This document shows, piece after piece, positions 29,265 to 39,588 of a stretch of DNA of 64,000 nt. Below the pieces are notes generated by a model. It searched no databases, was not told where the DNA came from, and was given only the letters and a program-made list of their open reading frames with translations. Made by a program: the position numbers and the translations under genes. The first letter of the stretch is position 1. Each line of letters starts with the position of its first letter. The DNA comes from Acidobacteriota bacterium. Its GTDB lineage: Bacteria; Acidobacteriota; UBA6911; RPQK01; JAJDTT01. The stretch lies in NCBI GenBank assembly GCA_965217775.1, contig CBDCJH010000002.1, forward strand, positions 2,336,001 to 2,400,000, written 5' to 3'.

Positions 29265-30386
29265 TTACGCCGAGATCGTGGCGCGGCCGACCGTGCACTC
29301 TTCCAGCATTGCGGGGTCCGGCTCGGTTCCGTGGCCCGGCTCCTCCGATAGGCTCATGACAGGTTCGCCCGAAGGCCCCTGATCCAGGAACACCTCGGGC
29401 CGCGCCAGATCCTTCCGGTAGAAGCGGCTGGTGGGGAAGAGGTCGGCCGGGTAGGTGAAGTTCTCCAACGTGGCCAGAGCCAGGTTGACCCGGGCGCCCA
29501 CGGCGCTTTCCAACATGGACCCGATCCAGCAGGGGATCCCGGCCTCTCGGCACCGGTCGTGGATCTGCAGGGCCGGTGTCAGTCCTCCGACCCGGCAGGT
29601 CTTGATGTTGACGATTTGGCAACTCCCCATTTCGATAGCCTTCCGGGCCTTGTCGGGAGAAGTCACGCTCTCATCCAGACAGACGGGCGTTCTCAGTTCC
29701 TTCTGGAGCCGGGCGTGGTCCGCCAAGTCGTCGTACTGCAGCGGCTGCTCGATCATGGCCAGGCCCAGTTGATCGATCTCCCGGAACATCTCCAGGTCGG
29801 ACAGCCGGTAGCCGCTGTTGCAGTCGATGTGAAAGGTGTGATCGGGAAAGTTCTTCCGAACCTCCTTCAGGACGGGCAGGTCCCATCCCGGCCCGTACTT
29901 GAGCTTGGTCCGTTTGAAGCCCGCCTCCACGCCCCGGCCGATGGCCTCCAGCAGATCGTCCACCGAGTCCATGATTCCGAAGTCGGCCCCCACGTCCACC
30001 TGGGACCGCCGCCCTCCCAGGAGACGGTAGAGAGGAGTCTCCCGTCTCATGGCCTCCAGAACCCACCAGGCGCTGTCCAGGCCGCCTTTGGCGAACGAGT
30101 TTCCCTTGACGAACGAGAGCCGGGCCTGGAGTTCCTCTCCACTGTCGATTTCCTCACCCACCAGGATTGGCGCCAACCAGTCCCGGATGCAGGCGAAGAC
30201 GCCGCCCGCCCACTCCGGCAGGTATTGGGGCGCGGCCAGCGGCGCCGCCTCGCTCCAGGCGGCCAGTCCCTGCGACTCCATCCGGACCAGGACTGACTGA
30301 ACGGTCGCATCCTCACCGTAGGCGGTTCGCCAGGGATAGATGAGCGGCATGGCCACGTGGACCACTTCGATGGAATCGATTCTCAT
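29265..30386 (-). CDS. menC: o-succinylbenzoate synthase / N-succinylamino acid racemase (enolase superfamily)
   Basis: KLKYGPGWD, IDCNSGY, MIEQPL, PVCLDES, NIKTCRVGG, GSMLES. NSAR versus OSBS role is not resolved. Confidence 0.75.
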   Translation of the reverse strand: MRIDSIEVVHVAMPLIYPWRTAYGEDATVQSVLVRMESQGLAAWSEAAPLAAPQYLPEWAGGVFACIRDWLAPILVGEEIDSGEELQARLSFVKGNSFAKGGLDSAWWVLEAMRRETPLYRLLGGRRSQVDVGADFGIMDSVDDLLEAIGRGVEAGFKRTKLKYGPGWDLPVLKEVRKNFPDHTFHIDCNSGYRLSDLEMFREIDQLGLAMIEQPLQYDDLADHARLQKELRTPVCLDESVTSPDKARKAIEMGSCQIVNIKTCRVGGLTPALQIHDRCREAGIPCWIGSMLESAVGARVNLALATLENFTYPADLFPTSRFYRKDLARPEVFLDQGPSGEPVMSLSEEPGHGTEPDPAMLEECTVGRATISA

Positions 30387-30465
30387 GGGTTCCAGGGTAT
30401 ACGGAAAGGCCCGCAACGGAAAACGGATCAGAGCCGGCCTCGGGCGGTCCGCCCGTACGACCGAT

Positions 30466-31197
30466 TCAGTGATCCATCCGCCGGAGCAGGCTGCCGAACC
30501 CTTCGATGGGTCGGGTCAGCCCCAGCTTCCGGAAGCTGGCCCAGATCGTGGACTGGTTGGAGGTCACCACGGGACGGCCCGTGATCCGCTCCAGCTCCTC
30601 CACCACCTCCAGGGACCGCCAAGCCGTGCAGGAACAGAAGAGCAGATCGGCCTCGGGCCGGCAGGCCTGGGAGGCGAACCGCACCACTGATTCCGGATCC
30701 TGATCGTTGATGCCCTGCTGTCCGGCGCCCACCGCAACCGGCTCGCCCTCCACGTTGAGGACGGTGAAGCCGGCGGTCTCCAGGTAGATGCGGAGCCTCC
30801 GGTTGCTCCAATCCGGGTAGGGGGTGGCTACCGAGATCTTGCGGGCGCCCATGAATCGCAGCGCCTCGACCACGGCCGGACTGGTGCCGATGGCGGGAAC
30901 CTTCGCCTTTCGCTCGATGAGAGCGAGCATCTCCCGATCCCAGCCGGCGCCCTTGAAGAAGCTCCCCGTGGTGCAGGCATAGACGATGGCGTCCACCCGG
31001 GCCGTGGACAGGTAGCGGGCGCCGCTCTCGATGTCCGTGTTCATCCGCTCCATGCCGTCTTCGCCCATGGAGTCGTTGGTCAGCCAGAGTCTCTGGCCGT
31101 GGACGGTCATGGACCGCGGCGCCACCAACTGGTAGTCCCCCTCGCAGGTGGTGTTGGTGGAGGGGACCATCAATCCGATTCGATGACGAATGCTCAT
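30466..31197 (-). CDS. Maleate cis-trans isomerase / Asp-Glu racemase family
   Basis: IGLMVPSTNTT, YACTTGS, VATPY, CSCTAW, PVVTSNQ; both catalytic Cys present. Confidence 0.85.
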   Translation of the reverse strand: MSIRHRIGLMVPSTNTTCEGDYQLVAPRSMTVHGQRLWLTNDSMGEDGMERMNTDIESGARYLSTARVDAIVYACTTGSFFKGAGWDREMLALIERKAKVPAIGTSPAVVEALRFMGARKISVATPYPDWSNRRLRIYLETAGFTVLNVEGEPVAVGAGQQGINDQDPESVVRFASQACRPEADLLFCSCTAWRSLEVVEELERITGRPVVTSNQSTIWASFRKLGLTRPIEGFGSLLRRMDH

Positions 31198-31514
31198 TTT
31201 GGGAGTCTCCTGCAATAACGATCCTATCCGAACCAGGAGATTATACTGATACCGTCAGATGAGACGATCGACTTCATGGGACGCATTGTACTGCTCACGC
31301 AACGATCCGACCTTGTTTTTTCCATCTAGGGGCGCCCCTTGTGGGCGCCCTCCTTCGTCTAATCAGGAGGGGTGACTTCCAGAGGCCTATGCCTCAGTTT
31401 CCCCGTGGACTCATTCTCTCGTGGTCCATCGCGACTTCGGCGGTTGGAAACCGCCGCACCCAGGCCGTGACGCCGGGGGTTTCGTGCTATTCTGGACTCC
31501 ATCAGGCACCGAAG

Positions 31515-34500
31515 ATGCACAGGCCGCCTAGCTCTCTTTCCCCCATCCTGGTTCTGGCTGCAGGACTCCTGCTCCTGACCGGAAACCTCGTCACCGCACA
31601 ATCGGGGACGGGGAGTCTTCTGGGAACCGTGCGGGACGGTCAGAATGGGACCCTCAGCGGGGTCGAGCTGACCCTCACCCGGATCCAGACCAACGAAGTC
31701 TTCGTGGCTCTGAGCGCGGCGAACGGCAACTATCGCCTGGACGGGGTGCCCGTCGGCGACTATGAGATCGGAGTGAGTCTGGCCGGATACCAGAGTGAGG
31801 TGCGCACCGGGGTCCTGCTTCAGGTGGGGCAGACGGTTCGCCAGGACTTCAATTTATTGTCCGGGGACTCGGCTGAGGTCCGCCGCACCCAGGCGCAGGC
31901 TCTCCAATTGGAATCGGAGGACGCCGAGCTGGGACAGGTCATCGGCCGCAAGAAGCTGGAAGACATGCCGTTGAACGACCGCGACTTCACCAAGTTGGCG
32001 ACCCTGGCTCCAGGGACCGCTCCCGCCAGCAGCACCAGCACCAGCGGGAGCGCCATGGGGAACATCCGGGTCCAGGGCATGCGGCAACGGGACAACGTCA
32101 CCTATGTGGACGGGGCTTTGTTTCCCCGTTTTTCCAACTTCAAGCCCAGCACCGACGCCCTCGAGGAGTTCGAGGTCAAGACGGGACTCTACGGGGCCGA
32201 GTACGGGATCCGTCCCGGAGGGCAGATCGTGGCGGTCACCCGGAGCGGCGGCAACGACTATCACGGCAACCTGTTCTGGTTTCACCGCAACGACAACCTG
32301 GACGCCCGCAACTTTTTCGAGCCCGAGAAGCAGGAATACAAGCGCAATCAGGTGGGGGCCACCTTGGGGGGGCCGATCGGGATTCCTCGCCTGCTGGACG
32401 GGCGGGACCGGGCCTGGTTCTTCGTCTCGTACCAGCTCGAGTCCATCCGGGAGATCCGTCCGCTGACGGGAGTCGTGCCCACCGATGCGGAACGGGAGGG
32501 CCGTTTCTCCACCATCCTGAGGGATCCGTCCACGGGGAAACCCTTCCCCAACAACACCATTCCTCCGGACCGGATCAATCCGGTGGCGAAGAGGCTTCTG
32601 GCCTTCTATCCCCGGCCCAACACGGCGGGGGCGCTCAACTTCACCAGCCCCGACTCCTTCGCACCCTACGACAACCCCCAGTTCATCACGAGGGTCGATT
32701 TCAAGGATTCGGAACAGAGCCGCTGGTCGGGGCGCTTCGTCTGGAATTCGGGACCTTACGTCACCGCGCGCCTCATCTCCGCATTCTCCGCCGTCCAGCC
32801 TCTCCACGCCTACGGCCAGAGCATCACCAACACGCGGACCCTGGCGGGAGGCCTCACCAACGTGGCCAGCCTGCACTGGACACGAAGGCCCTACATTGCG
32901 GCGCCTTCCAATCCCAAATCTGAGGCTTCGAGGGGACTTGGCGTCCCCGAACTCCAAGCCAGCGAAGTGGATCGAATGGGAATCCCCATCGTCCAGATCC
33001 AGGGCTACACCAACCTGGGAGACATCAGTCTTCAGGGACCGTCCATCACCGGGAACTGGCAGATCAAGGAACTGATCAGTTTCCAGCGGGGCGACCACTC
33101 ACTGAAGACCGGCGCCGAGTTCCGGCAGCACTACCTTTTCATCAACATGGAGGCCCGGTCCCAGTTCGACTTCTTCGATCGCTACACCGGGCGCGCGCTC
33201 GGCGATTTCCTTCTCGGCTATCCGGCCCGCACCACTCTGGGAGGGGAGTCCTACCGGGGGAACCTGCACCAGAACGCCCTCTATCTGTTCGTCCAGGACG
33301 ATTGGAAGCTGAGCTCGACGCTGACCCTGACTCTGGGGCTGCGCTACGAGGGGAGGTTCCCGTGGAAGGACAAACGGGGATTCGCCTCCAACTTCGATCC
33401 TCACCGGGGAGCTATTGCGGCGTCCCCCTTGGACCTGGACTTGAAACCGGGCGAGACCGGCCGCTTCCCGGCGGGGATTCCTCTGGTGAGCTGGCGGCGA
33501 AGCGAGGGTTTCCTGCCCCGCGCGGGGATGGCTTGGCGGGTGGGGCCCAGCTCGGTGGTGCGGCTTGGCTACGGCATCTATTCCAACGAGCTGGACAGCG
33601 GGACGCTCTATCGCCTGTCCCGGACTCCGCGGGAGGGCGCCATCCGCTCGACCTTCAATGCGCCCCTGGAAACTCCCAGCCTGAGCTTGTCGGACCCGTT
33701 TCCCGAAACCCTGGCCGGATCGGCTGTTCCCACCATCTATGGAGTGGAGAGCCCGCTGCCCCTCTCTTCGACGCACGTCTGGGGCCTCTCGCTGCAGCAC
33801 AAATTCTCCTCCCTCCTGATGCTGGAGGCGGGATATCTTGGTTCCCACACGGCGAACCAGTTGGATACCGTGTCCATCAACGACGCCCGGCCCGGCACCG
33901 GCGACCGGCAGGCCCGCCGTCCCTTTCCCGAGCTTCAAGCCGTCCATATTCCTATGGCCGACGCTGACTCCCGATACCACGGCATGCAGTTTCGGATCGA
34001 GAGGCGGCCCGGAGCCGAGGGACTCCACTTGAACGGTTCTTTCACTTGGTCGAGCCAGGTCAACACCGGCGGCGGCTGGGAAGGGTCGTATGAGCGGCGC
34101 TATTTCAGGAGCCGGAACCTGCCGCTGCACCTCAACCGCGGACTCTCCGAGCTCCATGTCCGGCGCCGGTTGGTCCTCACTACAGGTTACGAGCCTCCCT
34201 TCGGCCGGGGAAAGCCCTATTTCCAGAGTGGACCTATGGGGGCGATTCTGGGCGGTTGGTCCCTCCAGGCCATCTCCAGTTTCCAGGACGGTCCCTGGTT
34301 CAGCGTCTACCTCCCGGGCGACGCTCTGGACGTGGGCTCCGAGTTTTCTCAGTGGCCGGACCGGATCGGAAACCCGAACCTGCCGCCGGACCAGCGCACG
34401 CCCAGACGGTGGTTCGACACGGATGCCTTCGTCCGACCCGACGGCTTTCGCTACGGCAACGCCGGGCGGACCACGGTGGAGGGTCCCGGCCTGGCCAACG

Positions 34501-34706
34501 TGGACCTCTCGCTCCGGCGCTCCTTCCGCCTGACCGAAGGACAGAAGCTGGAGCTGCGCCTGCAGATGTTCAACGCCGCCAACCGCACCAACTTCGTCCT
34601 CCGGCGCAAGGCCAGGGTCAACCAGTTCGGCACGGCCGACTTCGGGGCGCTGGGCGAAGCGTCCCCTGCCCGCCAGGTCCAGGTGGCTCTCAAGTATTCG
34701 TTCTAA
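31515..34706 (+). CDS. TonB-dependent receptor with carboxypeptidase-regulatory-like N-terminus
   Basis: GSLLGTVRD, LPLNxR-type motif (MPLNDRDF), EEFEVKT..Y.AEYG, HRNDNLDARNFF, FVQDDWK, GLRYE, C-terminal RQVQVALKYSF. Confidence 0.9.
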   Translation: MHRPPSSLSPILVLAAGLLLLTGNLVTAQSGTGSLLGTVRDGQNGTLSGVELTLTRIQTNEVFVALSAANGNYRLDGVPVGDYEIGVSLAGYQSEVRTGVLLQVGQTVRQDFNLLSGDSAEVRRTQAQALQLESEDAELGQVIGRKKLEDMPLNDRDFTKLATLAPGTAPASSTSTSGSAMGNIRVQGMRQRDNVTYVDGALFPRFSNFKPSTDALEEFEVKTGLYGAEYGIRPGGQIVAVTRSGGNDYHGNLFWFHRNDNLDARNFFEPEKQEYKRNQVGATLGGPIGIPRLLDGRDRAWFFVSYQLESIREIRPLTGVVPTDAEREGRFSTILRDPSTGKPFPNNTIPPDRINPVAKRLLAFYPRPNTAGALNFTSPDSFAPYDNPQFITRVDFKDSEQSRWSGRFVWNSGPYVTARLISAFSAVQPLHAYGQSITNTRTLAGGLTNVASLHWTRRPYIAAPSNPKSEASRGLGVPELQASEVDRMGIPIVQIQGYTNLGDISLQGPSITGNWQIKELISFQRGDHSLKTGAEFRQHYLFINMEARSQFDFFDRYTGRALGDFLLGYPARTTLGGESYRGNLHQNALYLFVQDDWKLSSTLTLTLGLRYEGRFPWKDKRGFASNFDPHRGAIAASPLDLDLKPGETGRFPAGIPLVSWRRSEGFLPRAGMAWRVGPSSVVRLGYGIYSNELDSGTLYRLSRTPREGAIRSTFNAPLETPSLSLSDPFPETLAGSAVPTIYGVESPLPLSSTHVWGLSLQHKFSSLLMLEAGYLGSHTANQLDTVSINDARPGTGDRQARRPFPELQAVHIPMADADSRYHGMQFRIERRPGAEGLHLNGSFTWSSQVNTGGGWEGSYERRYFRSRNLPLHLNRGLSELHVRRRLVLTTGYEPPFGRGKPYFQSGPMGAILGGWSLQAISSFQDGPWFSVYLPGDALDVGSEFSQWPDRIGNPNLPPDQRTPRRWFDTDAFVRPDGFRYGNAGRTTVEGPGLANVDLSLRRSFRLTEGQKLELRLQMFNAANRTNFVLRRKARVNQFGTADFGALGEASPARQVQVALKYSF

Positions 34707-34887
34707 CCCCACGTTTTCGCGACGATCAGGGTGACCACAACTACCGGGTGGCATGTCATCATGGACGCGTATATTGGTGCGGCTATCAGGTCGCTGGAGA
34801 CACCATGACAGCTTCCGCCGTCGGCCATTTGCGGCAGGTTTCTTTTTACGACGGTGATCGTGAAACGGCAGACTTGCCTTTCGGCAC

Positions 34888-35949
34888 TTGCGTCAAGGAA
34901 TGAAAAACGGCAAGCACAGAAGTTCAATCGGAATGCTGGAAGCACACGTACCGGAAGACCTCCGGAATCTGAAGGATCCGGCGCGCGAGTTGCCGCGTCT
35001 CGCGAAAAATCCATCCGCCATGGCGAAGATAGAGTCGGCCATGAGTAGGGTCTCCACGGAGCACAAGGTGTTTCTGGGTGACTCTCGGGACGCCAGCTTT
35101 CCCGCCGGGTCGGTCCACTTGGTTCTGACCTCCCCACCTTACTGGACCCTCAAGAAGTACCACCGCTCCGACGGCCAGTTAGGCTGGATCGAGGATTACG
35201 CCGAGTTCCTGGACCAACTCGACAAGGTCTGGCGCATGTGTTACCGCGTCTTGGTTCCCGGGGGGCGACTCGTCTGCGTGGTGGGGGACGTCTGTCTTTC
35301 GAGACGCAGGAATTCGGGCCGACATACGGTGGTTCCGCTGCACGCCTCCATACAGGAGCGTTGCCGCGATCTGGGATTCGACAATCTCGCGCCGATCATC
35401 TGGAACAAGATTGCCAACGCCACTTACGAAGTCGACCGTGGCGGGGGAGGTTTCCTCGGCAAACCTTATGAGCCCAACGCTGTAGTAAAAAACGACATCG
35501 AGTTCATCCTCATGCAGAGAAAACCGGGAGGTTATCGGAGCCCTTCCTTAGCGGCCAGGACTCTGAGCCTGCTCTCGCGGCAAGACTTCCAGAAGCTCTT
35601 TCGCCAAGTTTGGACCGATATCAGGGGCGCCTCTACGCGCACGCACCCTGCTCCATTTCCGGTGGAATTGGCCGAACGGCTCATCCGAATGTACAGCTTT
35701 GTGGGTGATACCGTGCTGGACCCCTTTATGGGAACCGCCTCGACTCAGGTCGCCGCCATTGCCTGCGGCAGAAACAGCGTCGGCATCGAGGTCGATCCGG
35801 CATACTTCGAGACCGCGCTTAAGCGCCTAGGAAACGAAACCAACCGCCTGTGGAAGGACGTCACGGTAGAGCCTGGCAGGATCGCCGGACGGCACCGAAC
35901 CCCAGCCACCAACACGCGGAAATCGTCAGCATCGCTCGTTGCTGTCTGA
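34888..35949 (+). CDS. Site-specific DNA methyltransferase (N4-C/N6-A, beta class)
   Basis: Motif IV LTSPPY precedes HPAPFP and motif I VLDPFMGTAST. Confidence 0.9.
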   Translation: MRQGMKNGKHRSSIGMLEAHVPEDLRNLKDPARELPRLAKNPSAMAKIESAMSRVSTEHKVFLGDSRDASFPAGSVHLVLTSPPYWTLKKYHRSDGQLGWIEDYAEFLDQLDKVWRMCYRVLVPGGRLVCVVGDVCLSRRRNSGRHTVVPLHASIQERCRDLGFDNLAPIIWNKIANATYEVDRGGGGFLGKPYEPNAVVKNDIEFILMQRKPGGYRSPSLAARTLSLLSRQDFQKLFRQVWTDIRGASTRTHPAPFPVELAERLIRMYSFVGDTVLDPFMGTASTQVAAIACGRNSVGIEVDPAYFETALKRLGNETNRLWKDVTVEPGRIAGRHRTPATNTRKSSASLVAV

Positions 35950-35958
35950 AGCGAACCC

Positions 35959-36585
35959 GTGATTTCACTCCAAGACGCAATCACTCGCCTCTATCGGATT
36001 GCGGTTCTCGAGGGCAAAGCGACGTCTACGGTTCGGTTGGCAAGACTGGCGGACTACTGTGTCCAAGAGCTTGAGCGGCGAGGACTGAGAGGCGTCGAAA
36101 CAGAGTCTTCGATTCCCGGCGCGGGAAGAAGCAAGCAGTGGGATGTCGCGTGGCGATACGATGGGAAATACCGCCTCGGGATCTCACTGAAGTCCATATT
36201 GAAAAACTTGGGTGGGACCGTCCCCAACAGAATTGACGACTTGATCGGCGAGGCGGCTAACGCACAGCTTCACTCCCCCGAAATCACCATCGGCTACGTC
36301 ATGATCTTCAACGTCGAAAAGGATGTCGTATCGCCGAAATACGGATCGACTTGGGGCGAAGTCGCGGAAGACCGATTGACATCCTTGTCCGGTAGAAGGC
36401 CTCCCGCTTGGGCAACCGGCATGATCGAAGACTTTGTGCTTGTCAAAGTCAACTTCCGTTCATCGGGTTCGATTGTCTCCACCTCCCAGCCATTCGCAGA
36501 TTTCTTCGACACGATCGTGGGACAGGTCGCCCACCGGAACCCGAACGCCCTACCGCAAGTTGAAAGTCAGGCACCGCAAGTCTGA
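35959..36585 (+). CDS. Putative type II restriction endonuclease (PaeR7I/XhoI-like)
   Basis: Directly after the MTase; PG..RSKQWDV...ISLKS...NRIDDLIGEA pattern (PD-(D/E)xK variant). Confidence 0.65.
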   Translation: MISLQDAITRLYRIAVLEGKATSTVRLARLADYCVQELERRGLRGVETESSIPGAGRSKQWDVAWRYDGKYRLGISLKSILKNLGGTVPNRIDDLIGEAANAQLHSPEITIGYVMIFNVEKDVVSPKYGSTWGEVAEDRLTSLSGRRPPAWATGMIEDFVLVKVNFRSSGSIVSTSQPFADFFDTIVGQVAHRNPNALPQVESQAPQV

Positions 36586-36657
36586 CGAGCAGTCGCCAGC
36601 CGATTCAATAACAGCGCGGTGCCACCACACTTCCCTGGCGGCTCATCGAGTGTGCCT

Positions 36658-38274
36658 TCAGTCGAAATCGCGCAGATAAACAGCGTACAGTCTCGGGTCG
36701 GCGTCCGCTTCACGCTCCATGTGGATGCGCAGGCGCACGGTCTGTCCAGCCAGGGCGGACAGATCGCCGCTCGACCATCGGACGGGCACGTCGAGTCCTC
36801 CCTCTCCCTGGGGTACGCCGCTCGCCGGCCCTGAATAGTCGGGCAGCAGGTTGAACGTAGCGTCGGAGATCTCGACCTTCATGAGCCGGGCGTGGTCGGC
36901 GTTGAGCACTACCTGCCAACCCCCTTGGGGCAGGGTCACCGGAGCGGACCAGACCCAACCCTTGGGCTCGTCCAGCCGGGTCGAGCCTTCGGGATAGAGC
37001 CCCAGGGCTCCCCAGCGATCCCGCGGCAGCGTGGCCAGGGCCACCTCCGCATAATACTCCTCCCCGTACTCGGCGTTGCGCCAGCGGCCGTGGTAGATGA
37101 GGGTCTTGTCTCCCACGTTGAGGATCCCGTTTCCCGACTGGCAGAGGATGGTGGGGTAGTTCCTTCCCGGCTCGTTGGTCACCGGGGAATCGTCCCGATG
37201 CAGGTAGACGTGCCCCTTCACCGGCTCGCGGAAGTGGATCCCGTCGTTGCTGACCACCAGGCCGAAATCGGCCGAAATCTTCCCGTGTCCGAACCAGGCC
37301 GCCGGGACGTTCCGGGTCGTGTCCCCGGGGAAGTTGTGCCAGAGCCCGAAGAGGCCCACCAGCACCGAGCCGTAGCTGCGGGCGCCGATGCCCAGATGCA
37401 CCTGATCGTAGGGCTTTCGGCCACCTCGTTTGGAAGGATCCTCCGGCTCCCGGATCAGGAAAGCCGGGGCGTACCCCGACACCCAGTCTTCGAAGTTGGC
37501 CGAGACGGCCGCGTAACCCTGGCGGCCATGGGCATTGCCCCCTTCGCTGTGTCCGCTGGCCTGACCGTGGACCGCGTAGAAACCGTTGTGCTTGTAGACC
37601 CCCGCGATCTCGATGAACTTGTCCACGGCGTCCCGATCCTTGACCTTCCAGTGGATCCCGTCGGGGCTCGTGGCCGACCGGAAGACCCAGGTCGTGCCGT
37701 TGTGGAGGTTGTAGATCATCTTGTAGCGGCGTTGCGGATCCGGCTCCTCCTTATCCTTGAGGACGTGACCGCCATACATGCGCTCCCCCGGCAGATCCAG
37801 CGCGTTGTTTTCGCGGCTCCCCTTGTATTCCACCTGTCCCAGGTTCGGCTTCACCCAGCGGATCCCGTCGTCGCTCTCGGCGTAGCAGACCGGCCCCACC
37901 GTGAACCCGCTCTCAGTCTCTCCCGTACCCAGGCCGTAGTACCACATGCGGTACTTCCCCTGGTCGAAGAGGACCGTCCCGTAGAAATGGGTCGCGATGT
38001 AGTCCGGCTTGCCGGGATCGTCCCGGCTGGGGGTCAATACCGGCTCCAGCCTCGCTTCCGGCTTGGAGTAGTAGAGGGAGACGTTTCGCCAGAGCGGCAA
38101 CAAGTGGTCGTCGATGGCCAGCAGCGGGGCCTCTCCCCGAACCACTCCCGGAACGGTTTCGAAACGGAATCCGTCGGCTTCGGGAGCGTCCGGCCCGCCG
38201 CCGGAACAGCCGGCGCCCAGGTAAAGCATCAGTGAGATGGCGAGAAAGAGGTGGACCCGATGCATCAGATTCAT
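36658..38274 (-). CDS. Lipoprotein, beta-propeller hydrolase-like
   Basis: Lipobox GAGC; YRMWYY, CYAESDDGIRWVKPNLG, DPQRRYKM, ATSPDGIHW, VSNDGIHF, RDRWG. Confidence 0.75.
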   Translation of the reverse strand: MNLMHRVHLFLAISLMLYLGAGCSGGGPDAPEADGFRFETVPGVVRGEAPLLAIDDHLLPLWRNVSLYYSKPEARLEPVLTPSRDDPGKPDYIATHFYGTVLFDQGKYRMWYYGLGTGETESGFTVGPVCYAESDDGIRWVKPNLGQVEYKGSRENNALDLPGERMYGGHVLKDKEEPDPQRRYKMIYNLHNGTTWVFRSATSPDGIHWKVKDRDAVDKFIEIAGVYKHNGFYAVHGQASGHSEGGNAHGRQGYAAVSANFEDWVSGYAPAFLIREPEDPSKRGGRKPYDQVHLGIGARSYGSVLVGLFGLWHNFPGDTTRNVPAAWFGHGKISADFGLVVSNDGIHFREPVKGHVYLHRDDSPVTNEPGRNYPTILCQSGNGILNVGDKTLIYHGRWRNAEYGEEYYAEVALATLPRDRWGALGLYPEGSTRLDEPKGWVWSAPVTLPQGGWQVVLNADHARLMKVEISDATFNLLPDYSGPASGVPQGEGGLDVPVRWSSGDLSALAGQTVRLRIHMEREADADPRLYAVYLRDFD

Positions 38275-38323
38275 GACTCCTCCAAGTTGGAAATCCGGCC
38301 GCGACGATACAGCCGGAGCGTCG

Positions 38324-38704
38324 TTACCTCTGGTCCTGCGGCTTCACGTCGGGAGGCGCGCCGACGAAGAGCCACCAGCAGTCCTCGTCGGTGTGATTGT
38401 AGACCGACCTCATGGGCTCGGGAGGAAAGTAGATGGCCGTGTTCTCCTCCACCTCGTATTCGTCGTCATCGACTCTCACCATGGCTCGGCCCTTCATCAG
38501 GTAGTAGACCTCCTCCATGGTGAAGTGCCGGTGATGCTCCACGCTTCCTCCGGGCGCCAACCGCCCCACCGACATCCGCAGATGGCCGGGGAGCCCGAAG
38601 GCGTCGTTGAAGGACTTGTGCTCCAGGGTCTCCTGCTTCGCGGCGATGTCCGCCAGATCCACGAAACGAACCGGTTTGCATGCCTTGGACCTGTCTTTGT
38701 TCAT
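38324..38704 (-). CDS. Cupin domain protein
   Basis: PGG..EHHRH..EEVYYLMKG...FPP.....VYN. Confidence 0.8.
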   Translation of the reverse strand: MNKDRSKACKPVRFVDLADIAAKQETLEHKSFNDAFGLPGHLRMSVGRLAPGGSVEHHRHFTMEEVYYLMKGRAMVRVDDDEYEVEENTAIYFPPEPMRSVYNHTDEDCWWLFVGAPPDVKPQDQR

Positions 38705-38782
38705 TCTTTCGACCTCCCGTCCGTAGTTGTATCGTCCGTCAACAGCTCATTTACCCTCTCGGAGGCGCCGTGACAAGAACCG

Positions 38783-39583
38783 TTACCAGGCCAGCCAGCC
38801 GCCGTCCACGCAGAGGACCTGTCCGGTGACGAACGAAGCCGCGTCCGACGCCAGGTAGATGACGGCTCCTTGCAGGTCCTCCCCCGTCCCCGGGCGTTTC
38901 AACGGGGTGCGCTGAATCATTCGGGACCAGGTGTCCCTGGGGACGGCCGTTTTCAGCCGTTCGGTCCGGATCATCCCGGGACTGATGGCGTTGACCCGGA
39001 TCTTGTATTCCGCCCAATAGGTGGCCAAGGCCCGGGTCATGCTGATCACGGCTCCCTTGCTGGCCGAATAGGCCAGATCCTCACGGGTCGGGTTGCCTGG
39101 AGGGTGAGAAACCGAAGGGTCCACTCCCACGTGCCCGTAGACCGAGGCGATGTTGATGATGCACCCGCCCCCCTGGGGCACCATGATCCGGCCGGCCCTC
39201 TGGGAACAGAGAAAGGTCCCGGTGGAGTTGACGTCGAAGACCCTCTGCCAGACCTCCAGGGGGGCGTCGAGGGTGATGGCGTGGATGGAGATCCCGGCGT
39301 TGTTCACCAGCACGTCGAGGCGCCCGAAACGGTCCTCGGTGGCCGCCATCATGCGGTCGACGTCGTCGGGACGGGAGACGTCCGCCTCCACTCCCAACCC
39401 GTCCCGTCCCCGCCGGCGTATTCGCCGGGCGGCGGCTTCGGCCAGAGTCCCGTCCAGATCCCCGATGACCAGGTCGGCGCCGGCCTCGGCCAGGGCCAGG
39501 GCCAGATCCTCTCCGAGACCCGATCCGGCTCCGGTGACGACTGCGACCTTGCCCTCGAGGCTGAACCGATCGGACACTGGCAT
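38783..39583 (-). CDS. Short-chain dehydrogenase/reductase
   Basis: VTGAGSGLG, LVNNAG, YSASK, RVNAISPG, VDGG. Confidence 0.9.
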   Translation of the reverse strand: MPVSDRFSLEGKVAVVTGAGSGLGEDLALALAEAGADLVIGDLDGTLAEAAARRIRRRGRDGLGVEADVSRPDDVDRMMAATEDRFGRLDVLVNNAGISIHAITLDAPLEVWQRVFDVNSTGTFLCSQRAGRIMVPQGGGCIINIASVYGHVGVDPSVSHPPGNPTREDLAYSASKGAVISMTRALATYWAEYKIRVNAISPGMIRTERLKTAVPRDTWSRMIQRTPLKRPGTGEDLQGAVIYLASDAASFVTGQVLCVDGGWLAW

Positions 39584-39588
39584 GCCGG

